Virus record (IMG/VR): IMGVR_UViG_3300032896_000001
Coordinates: 1-64,000 of that record
Direction: 5' to 3' (one strand)
Source of the DNA: a virus
Length of the DNA: 64,000 bases
Shown here: one piece after another, positions 18,067-27,500 of the stretch
Layout of the letters: each line of letters starts with the position of its first letter
Position numbering within the stretch: the first letter of the stretch is position 1
Position numbers and translations under genes: made by a program
Notes under the pieces: model-generated
What the model was told of the DNA's origin: nothing
The model's input: only the letters and a program-made list of their open reading frames with translations
Databases searched by the model: none

Positions 18067-18614
18067 GCGGTCCGGGCGACGGCGAGTTGGAACTTCCGCC
18101 CGAGCTCTTGGGCGGCACGGAGAGGTACGCGGTCTATCACTGCTACAGCGACTCGGGGGAGTTGCTCTACATCGGCGAGTCGGGTGAGCTCGGCAAGCGG
18201 ATCGCCAGTCATGCGCAGAAGCTGTGGTTCACGCAGGTGCGCGGCATCACCCTTGACTGGTACGCCGACGAGCTCGACGCCCTCAACGCCGAGCGACGGG
18301 CGATCCACGTTGAGCACCCGAAGTACAACAAGCAGCACCGCCGCAAGACGAGCGCCCAGATCGCCAAGCCCAGGAGCGGCGCCCGCAGAAAGCCCGCTCC
18401 GCGCCGGCCTGCGCCAGTTGACGGAGAGGCGACCATGCGGCGCGCTCTGGCGATTCTCGCCGCCGAGCCGGCAATCAGCGCCTCGGAGCTTGGCCGCAGG
18501 CTAGGCCTGTCCGACAGCCGGGGGCGGCAGATCGTCCGGGAATTGTCGAAGACGGCACCCCGGGGGATGGACCTTAGCGGGGCTGAAGCCGAGCCGGAGG
18601 CATCGCGCGAGTAG
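18063..18614 (+). CDS. GIY-YIG nuclease-like domain + C-terminal HTH
   Basis: AVYHCY...LLYIGES...R...H...W...AE..AI..EHPKYN; ISASELGRRLGLSDSRGR. Confidence 0.85.
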   Translation: MSGPGDGELELPPELLGGTERYAVYHCYSDSGELLYIGESGELGKRIASHAQKLWFTQVRGITLDWYADELDALNAERRAIHVEHPKYNKQHRRKTSAQIAKPRSGARRKPAPRRPAPVDGEATMRRALAILAAEPAISASELGRRLGLSDSRGRQIVRELSKTAPRGMDLSGAEAEPEASRE

Positions 18615-18677
18615 CCCGCCACCGAGACTTTTTACACGTCCTGAACTGAAGCCTCGCCCGTCAGGGGCCGGGCGACG

Positions 18678-18716
18678 AAGAGCCCCCCTCGCCATCATCG
18701 GGCGACGGGGGCTCTT
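18678..18716. terminator. Hairpin between convergent genes
   Basis: AAGAGCCCCC / GGGGGCTCTT inverted repeat. Confidence 0.7.
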
Positions 18717-18731
18717 GGCTTTCCCGGACGC

Positions 18732-19004
18732 TCAGCCCTCCCAGGAGACGAGGTGCTTGCTCTCGCCGCCGCACCGCACCGCCGCCGCCCGGTCCGCCTC
18801 GGTGAGGAACGTCTGCGCGCTCTGCGGGATGAGGTTCAGGTCCCCGGCGCAGTAGAGGCGGATCATCTCCGCGTCGAAGCCGTCCGGGTTCCCGAGCGCC
18901 TCCCGCACGACCCGGACGGAGACGAACCGGCCGTCGCCCTCGGCAAGGAACCCGATGATGGCGCGGATCCGGTCCTCGGTGGTCCTGGTGGCCGTGGCGC
19001 TCAT
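18732..19004 (-). CDS. Hypothetical protein in an antisense cassette
   Basis: RBS AAGGAG; LNLIPQS.Q..LT.ADRAAAVRCGGESKHL. Confidence 0.7.
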   Translation of the reverse strand: MSATATRTTEDRIRAIIGFLAEGDGRFVSVRVVREALGNPDGFDAEMIRLYCAGDLNLIPQSAQTFLTEADRAAAVRCGGESKHLVSWEG

Positions 19005-19050
19005 ATCCCGCTCCTTATGTCCGTTCTGCCTGACATGCCTGACATGCCTG

Positions 19051-19079
19051 ACAGTACCCCCGTGGGGTATACGTGTCAA
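19051..19079 (-). promoter_or_regulatory. SigA-like promoter with palindromic operator
   Basis: TTGACA-N17-TACTGT; TACCCC-acg-GGGGTA palindrome; a triple 9-bp TCAGGCATG repeat follows. Confidence 0.75.
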
Positions 19080-19201
19080 GCCTGAACGTGAATAGTCGGG
19101 CGTGGTCGGGCGATCGTCATGGACGGACGCGAATCACCGCAGAACAGACGCCCCGCGAGCCGCGTTGTCACCACTGCTCGCCGTGGGTGATCATTGGGCG
19201 C

Positions 19202-19921
19202 ATGAGCGAGCACGCCTGCCCCGGAACCTGCAACGCCCGCTACCGCGACGCCCTCGAGGAGTACGCCGCCGCCCTGCAGGACTACGACCCGCTCGACTCC
19301 GCCACCTCGCGCCCCGAGCCCCCCTCCATACAGCCCTGGCCCGGGGAGCCCGTCTGGTGCTCCAACTGCTCCCCGAAGATCACCGTGAAGCTCGCCGAGC
19401 TCGACGACCTCGCCGCCCTCCTCGCGGCCACCGCCGACGGGCACCGGCACGCCGACGCAGCCGAGCGCGTCTCCGGCTCCCCCGAGCCCCCCTCCGCCTC
19501 CCCCGAGCACGACGACCTCGACGACCTCTCCACGATGCTCGGCGGCTGGGAATCCGCCTACCGCGACCTCAGGGGCTGGCCGTCACCGCCCCGCCGCGGA
19601 GACCTCGCCAGCACCATGACGACCTGCATCGCCTGGCTCGGCTCCCACCTCCGCGGCATCCTCGCCTCCGACATCGGCGCCGACTTCGGCCGGGAAGTCC
19701 TCCAGTGGCACCGGGAGACCGCCGCCCGCGCCAAAGCCGGGGTGCGGACCCTCCGCAAGCCGCTCCGCTGCCCCACGTGCGGGATGCTGACCCTGTTCTG
19801 GACCGAGGGCGAGACGAACGTCTACTGCGCCGACCCGAACTGCGCCCGCGTCCTGTCCCTCCCGGACTACGAGAACGAAGTCGAGCGGATCACAGCCGAC
19901 GCCACCCGCCGCGCCGCGTGA
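19202..19921 (+). CDS. Cys-motif protein upstream of the terminase (possible late regulator)
   Basis: CPGTCN, WCSNC, C-terminal RCPTCG...YCADPNC; function inferred from position only. Confidence 0.65.
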   Translation: MSEHACPGTCNARYRDALEEYAAALQDYDPLDSATSRPEPPSIQPWPGEPVWCSNCSPKITVKLAELDDLAALLAATADGHRHADAAERVSGSPEPPSASPEHDDLDDLSTMLGGWESAYRDLRGWPSPPRRGDLASTMTTCIAWLGSHLRGILASDIGADFGREVLQWHRETAARAKAGVRTLRKPLRCPTCGMLTLFWTEGETNVYCADPNCARVLSLPDYENEVERITADATRRAA

Positions 19922-20064
19922 GCCGGGACGCCGCCAAACTCGCCCGCGCGCCGACTACCGGAGAACCTGTTACACGGGTTAAGCTCTTTTCCGGATCTTC
20001 ATGTCCTTCGAAGCCCCCTGGCCAGCGCGCCGGGGGGCTTTCGTCGCGTTTGCGAGGTGATCCC

Positions 20065-20337
20065 TTGACCGGCCCGGCGCTCGACATGAACGCCCTCCTG
20101 ACGGCCACCGAGGCGGCCGCCTACGCGGGCGTCACCGTCGCCGCGATCTGCAACTGGCGCAAGCGCGGCTACCTCCCCGTCGCGGTCAACGACAACGGCC
20201 GGGAGATCACCGACGCCCGGGGCCGCCCCCGCTACCGGCTCATCGACGTCGCCAAGGCGGAGTACGCCACCAAGCGGCGCGGCGACCAGATGGCCCGCAC
20301 CGCCGGGCAGCGCAACCTGTCCGCCATCGCCGCGTGA
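20065..20337 (+). CDS. MerR-like HTH DNA-binding protein
   Basis: LLTATEAAAYAGVTVAAICNWRKRGYL...PRYRLIDV. Confidence 0.8.
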   Translation: MTGPALDMNALLTATEAAAYAGVTVAAICNWRKRGYLPVAVNDNGREITDARGRPRYRLIDVAKAEYATKRRGDQMARTAGQRNLSAIAA

Positions 20338-20538
20338 CCGTCGAAGTCGCCGAGACGGACGGCAGGCACCGCGCTATCGTCCCCGCCGACGGAGGCGAGT
20401 CGTTCCCCTGCTGCGAACCCGGCCACCCGGATCCGGGGTCGGCGGCGCTCCACGCATGGACGCTGACGAGAGCGATAGCCCGGCTCGAGGCGAAGGCGGG
20501 CTGACGGGCAGCGCGGGCGGAGGGACCATACGAACACC

Positions 20539-21141
20539 ATGGCCATACGAACGCGGGACGGGAACGGCCGCTACATCCGCACCATCAAGACGACGAAGCG
20601 CGACTTCGACGCGGCCGAGCTCCGGGCGCGCGGCTGGAGGCTCGAGCGGATCGCCGCGGAGCTCGGCTTCGCGTCCCGGGGTCACGTCCACGACGCGGTC
20701 AGCCGCGCGCTCCGCGAAACCCCCTACGACGGCGCCGAGGACGACAAGCTCCTCGACCTGATGCGCATCGACCGGCTCATCGAGCAGGCGTGGGACGTCA
20801 TGCACCGCAAGCACGTGACCGTCTCCCACGGGAAGATCATCACCCGCCAGGTCGGCGTCGAGTGCGATGAGGACGGCATTGAGCGCCTTGACCTCGACGG
20901 CAAGACGATCCCCGTCTACGAGGACGTCCTGGACGACGCGCCGGTCCTCGCCGCAATCCGGGAGATCCGGTCCCTGGTCAAGCGCCGCGCGGAGATCATC
21001 GGCTACGACGCCCCCCTGAAGACGCGCATCGAGGTCATCACCGAGGACGCGGTCGACGCGGAGTGCGAAAGGCTGCTCGCCGAGATCGCGGAGCGGGAGA
21101 AGCGTGAAGCCGCCGCCGCTGATACTGGCGCCGCCGGGTAA
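20539..21141 (+). CDS. terS: Terminase small subunit (HTH type)
   Basis: ELRARGW....IAAELGF...KRRAEIIGYDAP; immediately upstream of terL. Confidence 0.75.
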   Translation: MAIRTRDGNGRYIRTIKTTKRDFDAAELRARGWRLERIAAELGFASRGHVHDAVSRALRETPYDGAEDDKLLDLMRIDRLIEQAWDVMHRKHVTVSHGKIITRQVGVECDEDGIERLDLDGKTIPVYEDVLDDAPVLAAIREIRSLVKRRAEIIGYDAPLKTRIEVITEDAVDAECERLLAEIAEREKREAAAADTGAAG

Positions 21142-22792
21142 AGTCCGCAGGCTCGCCGAGCTCCGCGCCCGCAGGCGCCAGCTGGCCGAGCGGTCCCGCC
21201 GCTCCTGGGCCACGCCGGGGGAGCTCCAGAAGGCGATCGACCCGTCGACAGTCCAGACCCCCGCGCTGGACCTGATCGACGAGGCGATCGTCTGGGCGTA
21301 CAGGACGCCCGGGGCGCGCCTCGCCGTGTCCATCGGGCCGCAGGAGGGCAAGAGCACCCGCGTGACCCGCGGGGGGTCGCTGTGGAAGCTGACCGACGAC
21401 CCGGAGACCCGGATCGGGATCGTCTCCTACGCGCAGGCGCTCGCCGACGGGTTCAGCCGCGACATCCGGAACGCGATCGCCTCCAACAACGGCGACGACG
21501 GGACCCTTGACCTCGGCCTCCGGATCGCCTCCGACTACGGGTCGGCGCGACGCTGGCAGCTCGACGGCCACCGCGGCGGCGTCGTGGCCGCCGGCGTCGG
21601 CTCGGGCCTGAACGGCCGGCCGCTCGACTGCATGGTGGTGGACGACCCGTTCGCCGACGCGGTCCAGGCCGGGTCGGCCTACTACCGCGACCGGGTGTGG
21701 GACTGGTGGCAGACGGTCGGGTCGACGCGACTCGCGCCGGACGGGCCGGTCCTGGTCATCTGCACGAGATGGCACGAGGACGACTTCGTCGGACGGCTCG
21801 TCAAGGCCGAGGACGGCCACCGCTGGCGGGTCGTCAACATCCCGGCCATCGCCGACCACGACCCGGCTCAGGGGCAGTCCGACCCGCTCGGCCGGGAGCC
21901 CGGCGAGTGGCTGACGTCCGCCCGGGGCCGCACGCCGGCCCAGTGGGAGCAGATCCGCATCCAGGCCGGGTCCCGCGCTTTCGCCGCCCTGTACCAGGGC
22001 AGGCCCTCGCCCGACCAGGGCAACGTCTGGCAGCGCCAGTGGTGGCGCTACTACCCGTCGCCCCTGTGGTCCCAGCATCCGGAAGCGCCCGGCGCATGGC
22101 TGGTCGACGCCGACGAGGTACTGATCTCAGTCGACGCCGCTTTCAAGGACACGAAGTCGAGTGACTTCGTGGTCATGCAGGTTTGGGCGCGGCGCGGCGC
22201 GACCGCGTACCTGCTCGACCAGGTCCGCAAGCGGCTGACGTTCACCGAGACCCTGACCGCGTTCACCGCCTTGTGCGCGAAGTGGCCGCAGGCGACCCGG
22301 AAGCTGGTGGAGGACAAGGCCAACGGCACGGCGATCATCGACTCGCTGAAGTCGAAGATCCCCGGCCTGAAGCCTGTGAACCCGACCGACTCCAAGTACG
22401 GGCGGGCGGCGGCGGTCGCCCCGGTGATCGAGTCCGGGAACGTGCTGCTGCCCGATCCGCTGATCGCGCTGTTCGACACGGGGGAACTGGTCACGGAAGC
22501 GGCCCAGTTCCCGAACGGCGCGAACGATGACATGGTCGACGCGACCTCCCAGGCTCTCGCGGAGATGTTCTTGGACGGGACCGGCGGGGCGGCGTGGATT
22601 GCCTGGATCAAGCGCAAGGTCGAGGCCCAGGCTGCAGCGGAGCACGGTGATCGGCCTGGCCCGGAACCGCAATCGGAAGGCGCGAAGACGCCCGATCCTG
22701 AACCGGAAATCCCGGCCGCCCCCCTCAGTGACGCGGAACGCAGGCGGCAGGCCCGCAATGAGATGTACCGCCAGCAGCAGGAGCGCCAATGA
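21104..22792 (+). CDS. terL: Terminase large subunit
   Basis: GPQEGKS, VVDDP, TRWHEDD, ALYQGRP, ISVDAAFK..SDF, VEDKANG, FPNGANDDMVDA. Confidence 0.97.
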   Translation: MKPPPLILAPPGKVRRLAELRARRRQLAERSRRSWATPGELQKAIDPSTVQTPALDLIDEAIVWAYRTPGARLAVSIGPQEGKSTRVTRGGSLWKLTDDPETRIGIVSYAQALADGFSRDIRNAIASNNGDDGTLDLGLRIASDYGSARRWQLDGHRGGVVAAGVGSGLNGRPLDCMVVDDPFADAVQAGSAYYRDRVWDWWQTVGSTRLAPDGPVLVICTRWHEDDFVGRLVKAEDGHRWRVVNIPAIADHDPAQGQSDPLGREPGEWLTSARGRTPAQWEQIRIQAGSRAFAALYQGRPSPDQGNVWQRQWWRYYPSPLWSQHPEAPGAWLVDADEVLISVDAAFKDTKSSDFVVMQVWARRGATAYLLDQVRKRLTFTETLTAFTALCAKWPQATRKLVEDKANGTAIIDSLKSKIPGLKPVNPTDSKYGRAAAVAPVIESGNVLLPDPLIALFDTGELVTEAAQFPNGANDDMVDATSQALAEMFLDGTGGAAWIAWIKRKVEAQAAAEHGDRPGPEPQSEGAKTPDPEPEIPAAPLSDAERRRQARNEMYRQQQERQ

Positions 22793-22906
22793 GTTCCTGC
22801 GGCGCGAGGACGTTCCGCGGGCGCGTGGCGGCAACACGGAAGCGTCCGGGTTTAGGCTTACCGGGTGAGGAAGTCGAACGGGCCTTACAGGGCGCGGCAC
22901 GGGTCG

Positions 22907-23080
22907 ATGATGAACATGCAGCGTCATCGCGAGGCGGTAGAGGTCACCTGTCCCGAGGGGCACTCATTCCACGTCCAAGCGCGAAACGGCGCGCTCGTAA
23001 AGTGCGCGGTCTGCCTTAACGATGACGGCATCGTCCGGTGGCTGACCGTCCGCCGAGGACGTTCCGAGGGAGCGTCGTGA
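22907..23080 (+). CDS. Small zinc-ribbon protein
   Basis: TCPEGH...KCAVC. Confidence 0.55.
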   Translation: MMNMQRHREAVEVTCPEGHSFHVQARNGALVKCAVCLNDDGIVRWLTVRRGRSEGAS

Positions 23081-23873
23081 CAGAAGATCTTCTGACCAGG
23101 CGCGAGGCGGCGGTACGGCTCGGCGTCTCGGTTGAGGACCGTGATCCGCTACGAGGATCTCGGGCTGCTTGACGCCCGCCGCGTCGGCCCGAAGTTGATC
23201 CGCGTCACCGCCGACTCGGTTGACGCCCTCGCCGGGCAGCAGCAGCAGGCGCCCGAAGAAGCGCCGCAATCTGCGCCGCACCCCGCAGGGCAACTCGTAG
23301 CCGCTTTCGCAGAGCAGTCTTATGAGTGGGCTCTCGGCTGGGCCGCGAGCCGATACTCGCGCAGCCCTTTCCCGGAGACTCCCGAGGAAGTCGCGGCGGA
23401 TTTCGCGCCGGCATTTCTCGGCGCGGTGACGGCTGGCCTGTTCGAGTGGAACCGCCGGGTGGGCTGGCGTGACGACGATCCGCGCTGGAATGATCCCGCA
23501 GCGGTGCTGGCCGGGCAGGCTACCGTCGCACGGCCCGGCGATCGTCATCGACGTCCACGACAGCACGGTGATGACCGACGAGGACGTCGACAAGCTGGTG
23601 TCGAAGCTCGGCCCCGCCGTGACGAAGGCACTCAGGCAGGCAGGCGTGAGGACGAGGATGCCCGACACGCCGCCCCCGCCATCGGAGCCGCCGGAGCCGT
23701 CACCCCCGCCGCCGTCGTCCTCGCCGCAAGAGCCCGGCCGGTCAATCGCCAGGATGCTGGCCGAAGGGCTGGCCAAGGGACTGCCCCGACCCGGCGACGA
23801 TGACGGCACCGCATCGTGCCCTGCCGTGCCGCCCCGGCCGCCTAAGCCGCTCACGCCGCGGGTGATCCTGTAA
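23077..23873 (+). pseudogene. Xis-like HTH protein with tape-measure-like C-terminus, broken by one or two +1 insertions (real or assembly error)
   Basis: VTEDLLTRREAAVRLGVS continues as RTVIRYEDLG only after removing one base near 23132. Coding-like codon usage changes frame again near 23518. Confidence 0.6.
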
Positions 23874-24231
23874 CGAACGGCGAGTCCCCGGCCCACTTGA
23901 CCGCTCCGTTGTTGACGCCTCTCCCGACCATCTCGCTTACCGACGTGGCCCCGATGAGCGCCCCTGAGGGCAGCGTTACGGCCAGGTCTTCGCCAGCGGG
24001 CCGCATGAGCGAGCCGATCGACGTCTCGAGCGCCCAGGCGAGTCCGAAGACCTCCTCGACAGTTATCCGCCGGCGCCGCCTCTCCGTATCGCTGACCGTC
24101 TGGCGCAGCCATGCCGAGTAGCCGAGGGCGCGCATGCGGGCTGCCAGGCTCTCCTGGTTGATGTCTAGACGGCTGCGCGCCGCGCGGATGTTCCTCGCGA
24201 GCACGGCACCGTAAGTCGGCGTGAAGTCCAT
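23851..24231 (-). CDS. XRE-family repressor-like protein
   Basis: LARNIRAARSRLDINQESLAARM...W.RQTVS..E..RRRITVEE...LA.AL. Confidence 0.85.
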   Translation of the reverse strand: MDFTPTYGAVLARNIRAARSRLDINQESLAARMRALGYSAWLRQTVSDTERRRRRITVEEVFGLAWALETSIGSLMRPAGEDLAVTLPSGALIGATSVSEMVGRGVNNGAVKWAGDSPFVTGSPAA

Positions 24232-24264
24232 CCGCTCATCATCCCGCAACCCGAGAGGGGTGCC

Positions 24265-24531
24265 GTGGCTGACGCCGAGGCCCCGCCCGTTTTCGAGACG
24301 GATGGCCAGTGGCCGTTTTCCGGGACCGTGAAGGTCAACGGGCATCCGCTCGCGTCCGTCTCTTCCTGGTCCGTCACAGCCGCCATCGACGGCGTCCCGA
24401 TTGTCACGCTCGGCCTCGTCGACCAGGGGGCGCTCCGCCTCCTGCTGTCCCCGGGGGCGGCGTCGGTCCGGGTGACCGACGCGACCCGGGATGCGCTTAT
24501 CTCCCTCGGCTGGACTCCTCCGGCGGGCTGA
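24265..24531 (+). CDS. Hypothetical protein
   Basis: ORF between the repressor and the portal; RDALISLGWTPP end. Confidence 0.6.
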   Translation: MADAEAPPVFETDGQWPFSGTVKVNGHPLASVSSWSVTAAIDGVPIVTLGLVDQGALRLLLSPGAASVRVTDATRDALISLGWTPPAG

Positions 24532-24586
24532 CGGCCGCGAACGGCACTGATAACGGCCGCCAGGCGGCGCGCGGGGAGGGCACCGC

Positions 24587-27500
24587 ATGAGCGTCCGATC
24601 CCGCGCCGCCTTCGCCACGGCCCCGACCGTCGAGGTCGCCAAGGTCTTCGGCCCGGGGGTTCCGCCGGCGATCCAGGCGGCTGAGGCCGAGGCGCAGATG
24701 ACGCCGACGAGCCCGTTCGGCCCCGGCACCCCGATCGGCCCGTACGACGGGTTCTCGCGGCAGCCGCGCAGCCAGAATTTCGTCACCGGGGTCAACATCG
24801 CGACCCGGCCGCGGACGCATGAGCGGGTCAGCTTCGAGACGCTCAAGGGCCTCATCGACGCTTATGACATTGCATCTATTGCGATCTGGCATCGTATTGA
24901 CTCGATCCGCAGCCTGGATTGGCAGCTCATCGCGGCGCCGCATTTCCAGGGCAATGTGACCGACATTATCCCGCTCGGGGTCAAGGCGCTCAAGAAGCCG
25001 GACCGGATCAACTCGTTCAGCTCATGGCTGGCGAAGTGGCTTTTCGATGTTCTCGCCTATGACGCGGGGGCGCTTTACAGGCTCCGCAACCGGGCGGGCC
25101 GGTGCATCGGCCTCCTGCCGATTGACGGGACCTCGGTGGCACCGCTGCTCGATTACTGGGGCAACCCGCCGGGTGCCTTGAGCGCCCCGGGCGAGGTGCT
25201 TCCCGAGGCGTACGTCCAGTATGTCAACGGGCTGCCGTGGAACTGGCTGACGCGCGATGACCTGATCTACCAGCCGTTCCGGCCGCGCACCAACTCGCCG
25301 TACGGGCACGCGCCGCTCGAGTCGATAATTCTGAATGCAAACACCGATATTCGCTTTCAGCTTTTTTTCCTTCAAAGATTCACCGAGGGGAATATCCCGG
25401 AGGCGTTCGCGGCCGCCCCCGAGACGTGGTCGCCGGATCAGATAGAGCAATTCCAGGAATACTGGGATGGCTTTATGTACGGCGATCAGTCGCGGAAGCA
25501 CCAGATTCGGTGGATGCCGGGCGGGTCGAAATTCGCGTGGTCCAATGAGAAGGACTTCAGCGACACGTTCTCGCTGTTCCTGATGCGGAAGACTCTCGCC
25601 GCGTATCACACGGTCCCGGCCGACATCGGATTCACGGAAAATGTAAACAAATCGTCCGGGGAATCGCAGGCGGACGTTCAGCACCGCGTCGGCGAACTGC
25701 CCCTCGACGCCTACGTCGAGGCCGTCCTGACGGACTTCCTGCAAGACGACCTCGGCCTGCCGCTCCAGTTCGAGTTCGACAAGGGCGAAGAACAGGACGA
25801 CCGGCTCGCGGTCGCGCAGGCCGACGAGATCTACATGCGCAACGCCGTCATCGGCTCCAGCGAGATCCGGGAGATGCGGTTCGGCCTCCCCGAGCCCGAC
25901 GGGCAGGTCGTCCCCCGCGGGTTCTTCACCGAGCGGTCCGGGCTCATCCCGATCAACTCGGTGCTCGCCGTGGCAGGGCCGATCGACCCCGCGACCGCCG
26001 CGCCCGAGCCGGGCGCCCCGCTGCCCCACACCGTGTTCGGGGGCGTCGAGGGCGTCCTGCCGAACCCGCCGATCAAGGTCCCGAGCCTCGCCGAGCAGGA
26101 GTACGGCCCGGCGGCGATGCCCCCTGCGCCGCCCCCTCAGCCGAAGATGACCGCCGCCGACGCCACGCCCGAGCTGGCCACCGGGGCGGTCTCCAAGGAA
26201 GGCGAGGGAGCGGGAGGGAACGTCACCGGGGGCATCACGACGGCGACGGGCCTGTACTCCTACGACCTCCAGGGCCAGGACGACGAGGACGGCCCGGTTG
26301 ATCAGGCGGCGGTCGCGAAGGAGATGCAGGCGTTCCGGCGGTTCGCGAAGGCGCGCCGCAGGGACGGGGAATGGCGGGACTTCGAGTTCCGGGCGGTCCC
26401 CGCAGGCAGGGCGCGGCAGCTGAACGCCGAGGGCTTCACCGCCGCCCGCAAGGCGGCCGTGCCCGGTCTCACGTCCCGCTCCGGCATGATCTCCCTCGAC
26501 CTGCCGCCGGGAACGCTCAGCCCGGTACCGGGCGGCGTGGACGACTTCCACGTGACCGTCGTGTACCTCGGCAAGGACGTGGACGACGACGCGTTCGCCG
26601 CAGTCTGCGAGCGGGCGCGCCAGGCCGCCGCCCTGGTGCCCGGCCCGCTTCAGGGCACGGTCTCCGGCGTGGGCGCGTTCCCTCCGTCGGACTCGAGCGA
26701 CGGCAAGGTGCCCGCGTGGGCCGCCGTCGGCATCCCCGGCGCGGAAGCCCTGCGGAACGCGCTCGCCGACCTGTCTGCGAGCGAGCACAAGGACTGGACG
26801 CCGCACGTCACCCTCGCCTACCTCGACCCGGGCGACCCGCTGCCGGCCCCGCTGGAGCCGGTGCCGGTGACGTTCGCGTGCCTGTCGGTGCACCGCGGCG
26901 ACCAGGTGGAGCTGTTCCCGTTCGGCGGCGATGACGTGGCCAAGGCGGCGAGCACGATCCCAAAAGCGCCGACGGGGACCGGTGACGCCGCCCCCGCCTG
27001 GCACGGTTGGACTCTCGACGGGAAGACCGCCGCGCACTGGGCCCCGAAGGTCCGCGACTCGGTTAAGGCGGCGGTCCCGAGGGCGAAGGCCCGGGACATG
27101 GGCCGCGACTATCTCGCCGACCACCCGGATCAGGACGGCGGGGCGCCGGACAAGCGGGACCGGAACAAGGGTGCCGCGGCGTGGGTGGCCGCGTGGCTCG
27201 CACGGCACGGGATCACTCTCGTCCCGTCGGCGGTGGCCGAGGCGATCGCCGTGGACGGCTACGCGATCGGCGCCGTCTCCGCTCAGCATCAGGTCACCGG
27301 GGAGCGCCCGGCGGCGCAGAAGCCGGGCGACACCGACCGGGCGCTCGAGGCGGTCGGCGCGGCCGGGCTCCTCGCCGCCCTCGCCGCGGCGATGCGCGGG
27401 GAGAACGGCGCCCCGGCGGCCGAGGCGGTCGCCGACGGGATTGCCCGCGGGTACGGGAACGCCCTCGCGATCATCCTCGCAGGGACCGACGCCGACTGGG

